DNA from: Verrucomicrobiia bacterium
GTDB taxonomy: Bacteria; Verrucomicrobiota; Verrucomicrobiia; Limisphaerales; UBA11358
Assembly (NCBI GenBank): GCA_036502245.1
Contig: DASXYX010000068.1
Coordinates: 4,190-68,189, forward strand
DNA: 64,000 nt
Direction of reading: 5' to 3'
Position 1 is the first letter of the stretch, and each line of letters starts with the position of its first letter. The notes beneath the pieces are model-generated. The model was not told the DNA's origin. It made no database searches and saw only the letters and a list, made by a program, of their open reading frames with translations. Shown here piece by piece: positions 25,706-35,193 of the stretch. The translations under genes and the position numbers were made by a program.

Positions 25706-25824
25706 GGGAGGTTGCTCAGATGTTTATATTCCTCGCGAAAAATTGGCACGCGCCACGACAACTTTAAAAACACGGATAACGCTTGCTATACGCCGCAACT
25801 ATTATAAAGTAATCGGCCATTTTC

Positions 25825-26223
25825 ATGACGCATTTAAACGTTTTCAGCCCAGTTTTGGCGGATGCCACCACCACCGCTCCCGCTTCAGCTTCCACGACCC
25901 CGGCAACGCCTTCAACCACTCCCGGCGCGCCGCAGCAGCAGAGTTCGCCTTTGAGTCTGTTTTTCCCGATGATTTTGATCCTGGTCATCATGTATTTCCT
26001 GATGATCCGTCCGCAAAGTCAGCAGCGCAAACAGCAGGTGAAATTGCAGGACACCCTCAAATCCGGCGACCGCGTCGTCACGACGGCCGGCATTGTGGGC
26101 ATTGTCATCAGCGTCAAAGACAAGACCGTTTCCATCCGTTCGGCGGACGCCAAAATGGAAGTCACCCGGGGTTCGATCACTGAAATCATCGAGCGCGGCG
26201 ACGACGAAAAATCCTCATCCTGA
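25825..26223 (+). CDS. yajC: Preprotein translocase subunit YajC
   Basis: FFPMILILVIMYFLMIRPQSQQRKQ...LKSGDRVVTTAGIVGIVISV is the canonical YajC core. It lies directly upstream of secDF. Confidence 0.85.
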   Translation: MTHLNVFSPVLADATTTAPASASTTPATPSTTPGAPQQQSSPLSLFFPMILILVIMYFLMIRPQSQQRKQQVKLQDTLKSGDRVVTTAGIVGIVISVKDKTVSIRSADAKMEVTRGSITEIIERGDDEKSSS

Positions 26224-26228
26224 ACAAC

Positions 26229-28760
26229 ATGAAAAACCGCAGATTTTGGTTCATCTTTTTGCTCGTTCTGATCGCCTGGGCTTTGGCGGAAGTTTATCCG
26301 CCGAGTGCGCGCGACCTCATCCAGCAGTTCGCCGGCCGCGCCCGCAATACCGACACCACGTTCACGAATATTCTGTCGAGTGCCGCGGAACTCCAGGCCG
26401 CCGCCACCAATAGTGAGTTCGCCAATCTCGCCGAGGCCATCGGCACCAACGACATCACGAAGTATTTTCCTTTTTTCAGTGACGCGACGAACCAATCCAA
26501 TCCGACCATCTATATTCTTAATCGCGTTCAAAGCGACGCCGAAGGCAAGATCAAGCTCGGCCTCGATCTCCAGGGCGGCACCGCCTTTTTGATGGGCATG
26601 GAGACCAATGACATGGTCCAAACCAATTCCATGAACAGCCAGCAGGACCAGGCCAATGCCATTGCGCAGGCGGTTGAAGTGTTGCGCAAACGCGTTGACC
26701 AGTTCGGTGTGGCCGAGCCGGTCATCCAGCCTGCCGGCGCCAACGAAGTATTGGTCCAGCTTCCCGGCCTTTCTGAGTCCGCCAAGGATGAAGCCCAAAC
26801 GAATCTTTCCAAGGCAGCTTATCTGGAATTCCGCCTCGTCAAGCAGGACAGCGCCGACATCATTGCCAATCACGAGCCGATCCCGCCGGGCTACGAAATC
26901 CTCAAAATGTCCCAGGCCCCGTTTAACGGTTCGCCTCGTCCGCCCATCACCGTCGTCCTCCCCAAAAAGGGTCAATCGGATTTGTCTGGTGATATCACCA
27001 GCGACGCGTTTCCCTCGCGCGATGACATGGGGAATCCGGACATTATTTTTAAATTGAAGCCCGATGCCGCCGCCGCTTTCGGGAAAATGACCACTGATTA
27101 TACCGGACATGAAATGGCGGTTGTCCTGGACGGCCAATTACAGTCCGTTGCCACAATGGAGACGCCGATCCTGGATGGCAATGTCCGCATCACCGGTTCG
27201 TTCTCGCAGGTAGAGGCCCAAAACCTGGCCAGCGTCCTGCAAAATCCGCTTCGCGAACCTCTCAAATTGGAATATTCCTACGACGTTTCTCCGACCCTCG
27301 GTTCAGATTCCATCCATAGTGGTATCCGCGCTTCCATCGCGGCGGTCATTTTTGTTTCGCTCTTCATGCTCATCTATTACCGGCTCGCCGGTTTGACGGC
27401 GAACATCGCGCTCATCACCAACATCGTCATCCTGATGGGTGTCATGTGCGATGCCGGGGTTACTTTCACGCTGCCGGGCATTGCGGGCGTGGTGCTCACC
27501 ATCGGTATGGCCGTCGATGCGAACGTGCTGATCTATGAACGTCTGCGCGAGGAACTTGCCAAGGGCAAATCCATCCGCGGCGCCATCGCCGCCGGTTATT
27601 CGCGCGCATTCGGCACGATTTTCGATTCGCACGTCACCACGCTCATTTCATCTGTCATCCTCATTTTCATGGGCACGGGCGAAATCAAAGGGTTCGGTGT
27701 TACCCTCACCATCGGTGTCGCCGCCAGCTTGTTCACTGCGCTGGTGGTCACACGCCTCATATTCGATTTCCTCCTCGACCGCAACTGGATCAAAACGCTC
27801 GGCATGTTCCATTTTATCCGTGCGACCAAGGTCAATTTCATGTCCGTTGCCAAACCTCTGTTTATCATCACCTGGATCTTCGCCATCGGGGCGTTGATCT
27901 ATGGCGGGACCTGCGAAGGCAAAAAACTGTTCGGCGTGGATTTCCTCGGCGGTGACAGCACCATGTTTTCTTATTCGCAACAGATCGGCCTGGATCAGGT
28001 CCGTTCCACTCTCGCGCAGATCGGACAAAAAGACGCGCAGATCCAGTATCAAAAGAGTGTTAGCGGTGGCACGGAAACCTTGCGGGTGACCACGGAAGAA
28101 AATACTTCGACCCAGGTTCAGCAAACTTTGGAAAAAGCCTTCCCCCAGGCGAATCTGAAAGTAGTCATGCAGCAACACGTCGGCGCGGACGTGGGACGGG
28201 ACGTGCTCAACTCCGCCATCGGCGCATCGCTCATGGCGATGTTCGGCATCCTGGTGTATGTGGCCTTCCGCTATGAATTTTCCTTCGCGCTTGGCGCCAT
28301 TGTCGCCGTGATCCACGACGTGCTGTTGACACTCGGTTGCTATTGCATTTCTTATCACCTTTCCGGCCGGCAATTCAATGCCACGGTGGTCGCCGCCGTC
28401 CTGACCATCATCGGCTTCTCGCTCAACGACAAGGTCGTCATCTTTGACCGTATTCGTGAAGATCTGAAAATGGGCATGCGCGGCACCTTCAAGGAGATCA
28501 TCAATGCGGCGCTGAACCAGACCCTGAGCCGTACCATCATCACCAGCGGTACGGTGTTTATCGCCACCGGCTGTCTTTATGTTTTCGGCGGCGGCGTCAT
28601 CAACGATTTCGCCTTCACCTTCCTGGTTGGCATCATCACCGGCACCTACTCCTCCATCTATATCGCCAGCGCGTTCGTGTTGTGGTGGCACAAAGGCCAG
28701 CGCCCGGCCATTGGCGGTTCCGGGGTGACGATGCAGAATTCGGACGCGGCGAAAGCCTAA
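26229..28760 (+). CDS. secDF: Protein translocase subunit SecDF (fused)
   Basis: 843 aa with a large periplasmic domain and two 6-TM blocks. Motifs LGLDLQGG, AGIAGVVLTIGMAVDANVLIYERLREE and FSLNDKVVIFDRIRE. Confidence 0.9.
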   Translation: MKNRRFWFIFLLVLIAWALAEVYPPSARDLIQQFAGRARNTDTTFTNILSSAAELQAAATNSEFANLAEAIGTNDITKYFPFFSDATNQSNPTIYILNRVQSDAEGKIKLGLDLQGGTAFLMGMETNDMVQTNSMNSQQDQANAIAQAVEVLRKRVDQFGVAEPVIQPAGANEVLVQLPGLSESAKDEAQTNLSKAAYLEFRLVKQDSADIIANHEPIPPGYEILKMSQAPFNGSPRPPITVVLPKKGQSDLSGDITSDAFPSRDDMGNPDIIFKLKPDAAAAFGKMTTDYTGHEMAVVLDGQLQSVATMETPILDGNVRITGSFSQVEAQNLASVLQNPLREPLKLEYSYDVSPTLGSDSIHSGIRASIAAVIFVSLFMLIYYRLAGLTANIALITNIVILMGVMCDAGVTFTLPGIAGVVLTIGMAVDANVLIYERLREELAKGKSIRGAIAAGYSRAFGTIFDSHVTTLISSVILIFMGTGEIKGFGVTLTIGVAASLFTALVVTRLIFDFLLDRNWIKTLGMFHFIRATKVNFMSVAKPLFIITWIFAIGALIYGGTCEGKKLFGVDFLGGDSTMFSYSQQIGLDQVRSTLAQIGQKDAQIQYQKSVSGGTETLRVTTEENTSTQVQQTLEKAFPQANLKVVMQQHVGADVGRDVLNSAIGASLMAMFGILVYVAFRYEFSFALGAIVAVIHDVLLTLGCYCISYHLSGRQFNATVVAAVLTIIGFSLNDKVVIFDRIREDLKMGMRGTFKEIINAALNQTLSRTIITSGTVFIATGCLYVFGGGVINDFAFTFLVGIITGTYSSIYIASAFVLWWHKGQRPAIGGSGVTMQNSDAAKA

Positions 28761-28826
28761 AATTTTTAGTTGGGATGGACGATTGGATTTGCAGTTCGCG
28801 TGTAAATCGTAAATCGTACATCGAAA

Positions 28827-29777
28827 ATGACTGAGATCACGCCCTGGTACTGGCTCTGGTTCATCGTTTTTGTTTTGTTTTTTATCGCGCTCGATCTCGG
28901 CGCGTTTCATCGCCGCGCCCATGTCGTCAGGTTTGCCGAGGCCGTCGGATGGAGCGCGTTTTGGGTGGCGTTGGCGATGCTTTTCGCCCTGGCCTTGGTC
29001 GTGTGGCGTTCGCGCGAGGAAGCCATCCAGTTTGCCACCGGCTATTTCATCGAGCTTTCCCTCTCGCTGGACAACATCCTCGTCATGGCGGTCATCTTCG
29101 CCTATTTCCGCGTCCCGGCCGAATGGCAGCACCGGCTCCTGTTCTGGGGCATCATCGGCGCATTGGCCATGCGCGGCGCGATGATCGCGGCGGGTATCGC
29201 CCTCATCCACCAGTTCAATTGGATCCTTTATGTTTTTGGCGCGTTCCTGGTTTTTGCCGGCATCAAAATGCTCGCTGAAAAAAAGCAGATGGATCCGGAG
29301 AAGAATTTGGTGCTGCGGATCGCCCGGCGGGTTTTCCCCGTTGCCCCGAATAACGACGGCCAGAAATTTTTTACCCGGCTGAACGGTAAATTCGCACTGA
29401 CTCCACTCGCCCTGGTTTTGCTCCTGATTGAAACGACCGACCTGATTTTCGCCGTGGATTCCGTGCCTGCCGTCTTTTCCGTCACGCGCAAGGCCTTCAT
29501 TGTTTTTTCCTCGAACGTCTTCGCCATCATCGGCCTGCGCTCGATGTATTTCCTGCTGGCGGATGCGCTGGGATATTTCCGCTACCTGAAATTTGGCCTC
29601 TCGGTGGTGCTCGTTTTCTTCGGCGCCAAAATGCTCCTGGCCCCGCACGCAAAGCCGCAACAATGGTTCCAGGTCGAGATTCCCACCTCGATTTCATTAT
29701 TGGTCGTGGCCGCCATCCTTTTGATCTCCATCGCCCTGTCCGTCACCGCCGCCCAACGGGAGGCTGGCAAAAAATGA
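28827..29777 (+). CDS. TerC-family integral membrane protein
   Basis: Multi-pass membrane protein with IELSLSLDNILVMAVIF and TDLIFAVDSVPAVFSVT motifs typical of TerC/Alx. Confidence 0.85.
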   Translation: MTEITPWYWLWFIVFVLFFIALDLGAFHRRAHVVRFAEAVGWSAFWVALAMLFALALVVWRSREEAIQFATGYFIELSLSLDNILVMAVIFAYFRVPAEWQHRLLFWGIIGALAMRGAMIAAGIALIHQFNWILYVFGAFLVFAGIKMLAEKKQMDPEKNLVLRIARRVFPVAPNNDGQKFFTRLNGKFALTPLALVLLLIETTDLIFAVDSVPAVFSVTRKAFIVFSSNVFAIIGLRSMYFLLADALGYFRYLKFGLSVVLVFFGAKMLLAPHAKPQQWFQVEIPTSISLLVVAAILLISIALSVTAAQREAGKK

Positions 29778-31498
29778 AATTCCGTTGGTCTCTTGCCCCC
29801 TCTCAACCGCTCATGGCCGGGCAATTGGCGTCGAAGCTCAAGATTTCCCCGCTCCTGGCCCAGTGCCTGCTCAACCGCGGCATCAGCGAGGTCCCCATCG
29901 CGGAAAATTTTCTGGCGCCGCGCCTCAAGAACCTTTCCGACCCATTCCTGTTGCCCAACATGGACAAGGCCGTTGAACGCTTGCTCCGTGCGCGCGAAGA
30001 AAAAGAATCGATCGTGATTTATGGTGACTATGACGTTGACGGTGTCACTTCGACCGCCTTGCTAATGGAGGTGCTGCGTGCGCTCGGATGGCAGGTGCAA
30101 TTTTATCTGCCCAATCGCATTGCCGAAGGCTACGGCCTGAGCGCTGATGGCGTGGAGAATTGTCTCAAACGGTTCGTTCCCGCTACCGGCTCAAAGATGC
30201 TTCTCCTGGCAGTGGATTGTGGTTCCACTGCCATTGAGACAATTCGGACATTGCGTGAACGCGGTGTGGAAGTTGTCGTCCTCGACCATCACCAGGTTTC
30301 CAATCCGCCGCCTGATGCTGTCGCCCTGGTCAACCCTCAACTCGGGCAAAATTTCCGTGAACTGTGTTCGGCTGGGTTGGCCTTCAAACTCGCGCATGCC
30401 ATTTTGAAAAAGGGACGTGAAATCAATCTCTCTGGCGCGGTGGAATTTGACCTCAAGCCGCTGCTCGATCTCGTTGCGCTCGGCACCATTGCCGATTTGG
30501 TTCCGTTGATTGGAGAAAATCGGATTCTCGTGTCAGCGGGATTGCATCAATTGAACCAGTCGCAGCGTCCGGGAATTCTCGCGCTGAAAAAAGTTTCGCG
30601 CACCACTGAAAAGATTGGGACATACGAAGTCGGATTTCAGTTCGCGCCGCGCTTGAACGCCGCCGGACGGCTGGAGACCGCTGAAAGCGCATTGCATCTG
30701 CTGCTGGCCAAAACATTGGAAGAGGCCATGCCGCTGGCCGAAGAGCTTGACCTGCAAAATCGTGAGCGGCAGAAGATTGAGAAAAGCATCGTCGAAGAGG
30801 TGATCGGAGTTGTCCGCGCAAAATTCGACCCGCAAAACGATTTTGTCATCGTCGAGGGCGAATTGCTCTGGCACATCGGCGTGGTCGGCATCGTGGCTTC
30901 GCGCGTTTTGCAGGAGTTTTATCGCCCTGCCATCATCATCGGCGGCGAGAACGGCGAGATGCGCGGATCGGGCCGCAGTATCATCGGGTTTGATCTGGCC
31001 GCCGCGTTGCGCGAGTGCAACGACCTGTTGCTGCGCCACGGTGGCCATGCCATGGCTGCAGGCTTGAGCATCCTGCCGGACAATATCGATTCACTGCGCA
31101 AAAAGTTGAACGAACTGGCGCGGCTCGCGTTGAAGCCCGACGACTTGCGGCCTTCCTTGCGTCTCGACGCGGAGGTCGGGCTGGACGAGATCAGTTTCCA
31201 GGCCCTTGCTGAATTGGACCGGATGAAACCGTGCGGCCAGGAGAATCCGGCCATGCAGTTTTGCGCGCGCAATGTGTCCCATGCGCGCCCGCTCCAGCGC
31301 ATCGGCGCGCAAAAACAGCACGTCAAGATGTGGGTCGGCGACGGCGCGGTCACGCACGAGGCCGTCTGGTGGAACAATGGCGAATCAGCCTTGCCGCTGG
31401 GTAAATTCGACCTCGCCTTTCAACCGCAATTCAACCGGTTCAACGGTAATCGCACCATCCAGTTGAAAGTTTTGGATTGGCAACCATACCAGGACTGA
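29774..31498 (+). CDS. recJ: Single-stranded-DNA-specific exonuclease RecJ
   Basis: The ATG overlaps the terC-family stop (ATGA). DHH motifs IYGDYDVDGVTS, AVDCGS and VLDHH, DHHA1 motif GGHAMAAG, and a C-terminal OB region. Confidence 0.9.
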   Translation: MKFRWSLAPSQPLMAGQLASKLKISPLLAQCLLNRGISEVPIAENFLAPRLKNLSDPFLLPNMDKAVERLLRAREEKESIVIYGDYDVDGVTSTALLMEVLRALGWQVQFYLPNRIAEGYGLSADGVENCLKRFVPATGSKMLLLAVDCGSTAIETIRTLRERGVEVVVLDHHQVSNPPPDAVALVNPQLGQNFRELCSAGLAFKLAHAILKKGREINLSGAVEFDLKPLLDLVALGTIADLVPLIGENRILVSAGLHQLNQSQRPGILALKKVSRTTEKIGTYEVGFQFAPRLNAAGRLETAESALHLLLAKTLEEAMPLAEELDLQNRERQKIEKSIVEEVIGVVRAKFDPQNDFVIVEGELLWHIGVVGIVASRVLQEFYRPAIIIGGENGEMRGSGRSIIGFDLAAALRECNDLLLRHGGHAMAAGLSILPDNIDSLRKKLNELARLALKPDDLRPSLRLDAEVGLDEISFQALAELDRMKPCGQENPAMQFCARNVSHARPLQRIGAQKQHVKMWVGDGAVTHEAVWWNNGESALPLGKFDLAFQPQFNRFNGNRTIQLKVLDWQPYQD

Positions 31499-31574
31499 GT
31501 CTTGGGCGTTGAATGTGCTCTATAGAAAACATGGTTGTTTGCAGCATCGCCGATTGGAACGGAGATGGGTCTTT

Positions 31575-31622
31575 GGGGAGCGCACGCGCCTCGCGTGCCG
31601 TGTTCGGCGCCTCGCCGAACAC
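31575..31622. repeat. REP-like double hairpin
   Basis: Two adjacent GC-rich hairpins, gcacgcg-cct-cgcgtgc and gttcggcg-cct-cgccgaac, lie in the recJ-ispD spacer. Confidence 0.5.
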
Positions 31623-31696
31623 ATCCCAATCAGACATTTGTTCATAAAACCCACTGTTCGCTTGCTCCCGCGACGCACAACCTGCAACCTTGAATC

Positions 31697-32371
31697 ATGA
31701 ACAGCGCCATCCTCGTCGCCGCCGGTAAGGGCGTCCGCATGGGCGCGGACAAATTGTTCCTCGAACTCGCGGGGCGGCCGGTCATCGCGCACACATGGCA
31801 AAGATTCAACGACTCCCCGAGTATCGGCGAAGTCATTGTTGTGGTCGCGGATGGGCGGCAAAAGGAGTTTGAACACGTCGCCGCCCAATTCCGTTTCCAG
31901 AAACCGTTCCGGATTGTCGCGGGCGGCGTGGAGCGGCAGGACTCGGTTTGGAACGGTTTAGAGGCGGTTTCATCTCAAACGACGATTGTTGCCATTCACG
32001 ATGCCGCGCGTCCGTGCGTCGCGGAACCGTTGATCGCCGCGACTATTGCCGCCGCGGAAAAATCCGGCGCCGCAGTCGCCGCCCAGGCTATCACCGACAC
32101 CATCAAGGAATCGGGCGACGGCAAAACCATTCTGCGCACGCTCGACCGTTCTAAACTTTGGTCCGTCCAGACGCCGCAAACCTTTCGCGTGGACATCATT
32201 CGCCGCGCCATTTCCACTGCGCGAAGTAAAAATCTGGTTTTCACCGACGATACCGCTGCCTGCGAACTCATCCAGCAGCCCGTCCAGCTTGTTCCGTCGC
32301 CCGCGCCGAATCCCAAAGTGACCATGCCGGGGGATCTGCCGTTCATCGAACTTCTCTTGCGGCAAAAATAA
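31697..32371 (+). CDS. ispD: 2-C-methyl-D-erythritol 4-phosphate cytidylyltransferase
   Basis: AILVAAGKGVRMG..DKLFLELAGRPVI, IHDAARP and QTPQTF motifs. Confidence 0.85.
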   Translation: MNSAILVAAGKGVRMGADKLFLELAGRPVIAHTWQRFNDSPSIGEVIVVVADGRQKEFEHVAAQFRFQKPFRIVAGGVERQDSVWNGLEAVSSQTTIVAIHDAARPCVAEPLIAATIAAAEKSGAAVAAQAITDTIKESGDGKTILRTLDRSKLWSVQTPQTFRVDIIRRAISTARSKNLVFTDDTAACELIQQPVQLVPSPAPNPKVTMPGDLPFIELLLRQK

Positions 32372-32393
32372 TTCATTGTAACTTTGTGCCTTC

Positions 32394-33704
32394 ATGAAAC
32401 GTGGACTGATTTTTGGCTTTGTGATCGTGCTGCTGGCGTTGAACCTCGCCATCGGCGCGGGAATTTTCTTCACGTCATCGCATGTCACGTCGCAAAGGGA
32501 TTCAGAAGCCCGCAACATAGAAATTTTTGACCAGGTCCTGAAACAGGTCCGGGCGGAATACGTGGACGGCACCAACCTGACCTATCAAAGCCTCGTGGAA
32601 ACGGCGCTCAAAGGCATGGTCAATTCGCTCGATCCCCACAGCGAATTCATGGATGAGGACGATTACCAGCAATTGCAGGACGACACCGAAGGCCAGTTCG
32701 GCGGCCTCGGTGTGGTCGTCGAGATGAAGGACGGCTATGTCACCGTCATCGCGCCCATGGACGATTCGCCCGGGTTCCGCGCGGGTGTTTTGCCGGGCGA
32801 CCGTATCGTCAAGATTGACGGCAAGGACATCGGTCCGATGCCGCTGGGTGATGTCGTCAAAAGATTGCGTGGCAAACCGGACACCCAGGTAACCATCACC
32901 GTGCAACGCGCCGCCACGGGCCAGGAAAAAAGTTTCACGCTCACGCGCGCCATCATCCGCATGGACATGGTCAAGGACATCAACGGTAAAAAAGACTTCC
33001 CGCTCGGCCCCGACAAGATCGGCTACGTGCGCATCGTCGAATTCGGCGACGGCACCGGCGATGAATTGGAGGCCGCCTTGCAGAAATTGAAAGCGCAAGG
33101 GGTGAAGGCACTCGTCCTGGACCTGCGCTGGAACCCCGGCGGCCTGCTGAATGAAGCTGTTAACGTCGGCCAACAATTTTTGCCGCGCGGACAATTGATC
33201 GTTTCCACCGAAGGCCGCGATCCGCAGCAGGATGCCACCTATAAAGCCGAAGGTAATGGCGATGAATTGGATAATGCGCCGATGGTTATCCTCGTCAACG
33301 TGGGCACTGCCAGTGCGGCGGAGATAGTCACCGGATGCTTGCAGGATTTGCATCGCGCCGCGGTGCTCGGCCAGCGGACTTTTGGCAAAGGCGTCGTCCA
33401 GAGTATTTTCCCGCTCGAGAATGGCTGGGCGCTCAAATTGACCACGGCCAAGTATTATACCCCCAGCCATCGTGTTATCGAGTCGCAAGGCATTTCCCCC
33501 GATGTTTTTGCGCCCATCACGGATGAGGAGGAAGCGGCCCTGCTCATCAAACGCTCTCCCGGCGGACTCGAATCGCTCAGCACGACCAACCGCCTGCAGG
33601 TCGAAAAGATTCAGGACACCCAATTGGAGCGCGCCGATGACATGCTCAAAAGCATTTTGCTTTACGGCAACATGACCGGGCAGGGCAATGTTGCCAAACA
33701 ATAA
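32394..33704 (+). CDS. S41-family C-terminal processing peptidase with PDZ domain
   Basis: N-terminal TM, PDZ (GDRIVKIDGKD), LVLDLRWNPGG, GTASAAEI (catalytic Ser region) and TFGKGVVQS (catalytic Lys region). Confidence 0.9.
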   Translation: MKRGLIFGFVIVLLALNLAIGAGIFFTSSHVTSQRDSEARNIEIFDQVLKQVRAEYVDGTNLTYQSLVETALKGMVNSLDPHSEFMDEDDYQQLQDDTEGQFGGLGVVVEMKDGYVTVIAPMDDSPGFRAGVLPGDRIVKIDGKDIGPMPLGDVVKRLRGKPDTQVTITVQRAATGQEKSFTLTRAIIRMDMVKDINGKKDFPLGPDKIGYVRIVEFGDGTGDELEAALQKLKAQGVKALVLDLRWNPGGLLNEAVNVGQQFLPRGQLIVSTEGRDPQQDATYKAEGNGDELDNAPMVILVNVGTASAAEIVTGCLQDLHRAAVLGQRTFGKGVVQSIFPLENGWALKLTTAKYYTPSHRVIESQGISPDVFAPITDEEEAALLIKRSPGGLESLSTTNRLQVEKIQDTQLERADDMLKSILLYGNMTGQGNVAKQ

Positions 33705-33719
33705 ATCGTCCCTGTGCCA

Positions 33720-34856
33720 ATGACTATTTTGGCGATTGAAACTTCCTGCGACGAGACCAGCGCCGCCGTCGTGCGCGATGGAAAAATCCTGTCCAACACC
33801 GTTTCCTCCCAGGTCCAGCTTCACGCGGAATACGGCGGTGTGGTGCCCGAACTCGCCGCGCGCGAGCATCTGAAAAATCTTTTACCCGTCGCCCGCGCCG
33901 CTTTGGACGAAGCCAAAGTATCCGCCGCGCAGATCGACGCCGTCGCCGCCACGCAGGGACCGGGGTTGCCCACGGCATTGCTCGTGGGTTTCAAAGCCGC
34001 GCAGGCCGCCGCTTTCGCGCTCCGGAAGCCTTTCATTGGCATCAATCACCACGAAGCGCATCTCTATTCGCCATGGATCATTTTGGATAATTCATCGCCT
34101 GTTTCTGATACTCAAAACGGCGTGCATGGAAAGACGGCTCCGATTACTTCTTCCCTCTCCCCTCAACGGGGAGAGGGATCGAGGGTGAGGGGTGAGAAAA
34201 CAGAAAGTCACCCGCCTTGCACTTTCCAGCCCAACGTCTCTCTCATCGTCAGCGGCGGGCACACCATGCTTGTGCTCGTCGAATCTGAATCGAAGCATCG
34301 TGTCCTCGGTTCAACCATCGATGACGCCGCGGGTGAATGCTTCGACAAAACCGGCAAGCTGATGGGGTTGGCGTATCCCGCCGGGCCGGAGATCGATAAA
34401 CTGGCAGAGCAGGGGAACCCGAGCGCCTTTGATTTCCCGCGCCCTTTGCTCAACGACCAGGGCGACGATTTCAGCTTCAGCGGCTTGAAGACATCCGTCC
34501 GTTACTTCCTGCGTGACCATCCCGGCCTCGCGAAGGACCCGCAAAAGCTCCGCGATCTCTGTGCCAGCATCCAGGCTGCCATCGTGGAAGTCCTCGTGAA
34601 GAAAACCATCCGCGCCGCCAAACGTGAAGGGGTCCGCTGCATCACCGCGTCCGGCGGCGTCACTTGCAATCGTTCCTTGCGTGATGAACTCGCGAAGACT
34701 TGTAAGCGCCACGGCTTCGACCTGCGCCTGGCCGATAAAAATTTGTGCACCGACAATGCCGCCATGATCGGCATCCTTGCTGAAAGAAAACTATCTGCCG
34801 GAATCCAAGCGGCTTCGTTGGATGAGGAGATTAATCCATCGTGGCAGTTGTTGTGA
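33720..34856 (+). CDS. tsaD: tRNA N6-adenosine threonylcarbamoyltransferase TsaD, carrying an in-frame repeat-derived insertion
   Basis: ILAIETSCDETSAAVV, HAEYGGVVPELAAREH, INHHEAHL and IVSGGHT motifs. An alternative GTG start lies at 33714. The segment between HEAHL and SGGHT is much longer than in canonical TsaD. Confidence 0.9.
   Translation: MTILAIETSCDETSAAVVRDGKILSNTVSSQVQLHAEYGGVVPELAAREHLKNLLPVARAALDEAKVSAAQIDAVAATQGPGLPTALLVGFKAAQAAAFALRKPFIGINHHEAHLYSPWIILDNSSPVSDTQNGVHGKTAPITSSLSPQRGEGSRVRGEKTESHPPCTFQPNVSLIVSGGHTMLVLVESESKHRVLGSTIDDAAGECFDKTGKLMGLAYPAGPEIDKLAEQGNPSAFDFPRPLLNDQGDDFSFSGLKTSVRYFLRDHPGLAKDPQKLRDLCASIQAAIVEVLVKKTIRAAKREGVRCITASGGVTCNRSLRDELAKTCKRHGFDLRLADKNLCTDNAAMIGILAERKLSAGIQAASLDEEINPSWQLL
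34148..34215. repeat. Hairpin repeat family A copy located inside the tsaD reading frame
   Basis: ttccctctcccctcaacggggagagggatcgagggtgaggggtgagaaaacagaaagtcaccc. It translates in frame as SLSPQRGEGSRVRGEKTES. Confidence 0.8.
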
Positions 34857-35193
34857 ATGTTTTCCGGGGAACATCGCCCCCAGGATCGGGCGCTTATCGG
34901 GGCCGTAAATCTGGGGAAAATGGCTGCGCTGTCGCGATAGCGTCGTGGAGTGCGGTCCCGATGAATCGGGACCGCTTTCAATCCCATCATATTGTCTAAA
35001 GTGCCAGAGGACTGGCGCACCAAAACCTTGCGGTGGTCGTGTGTCGAGTCATGGGCAGCGCGCCCGATTCGTCGCAATAGTCTTTATTTATTTCCATTAT
35101 AGAGACAATCAAGGCTGGACAAGCTGGTAAAAACGCATTACGCAATCTCTATGAGCTGTCAGACATACCGCATTTTTTAAATTATCTGCAGAT

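Noticed and set aside
28761-28826. Possible yybP-ykoY (Mn) riboswitch upstream of the TerC-family gene
   Set aside because: The spacer is only 66 nt, too short for that riboswitch, and I could not see its conserved helices. It contains only a short cgtaaatcgtaaatcgta direct repeat.
27648-29663. 671-aa minus-strand ORF. Similar long antisense ORFs lie at 26019-27137, 32502-33869, 35631-36581, 42421-43386, 51473-52444, 16773-17984, 52945-53586 and 58698-59756.
   Set aside because: All overlap well-supported genes on the other strand (secDF/terC-family, S41 peptidase, aminotransferase, hrpB, the NtrC-family regulator, the 998-aa kinase, nitroreductase, lipA). They translate to Arg/Gly/His-rich sequence without recognisable domains.
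34988-35025. Sigma-54-like promoter (ctggcgcacc...ttgcgg)
   Set aside because: The GG-to-GC spacing is 16 nt instead of the 12 nt required for a -24/-12 element, and the -24 box is TGGCGC rather than TGGCAC.
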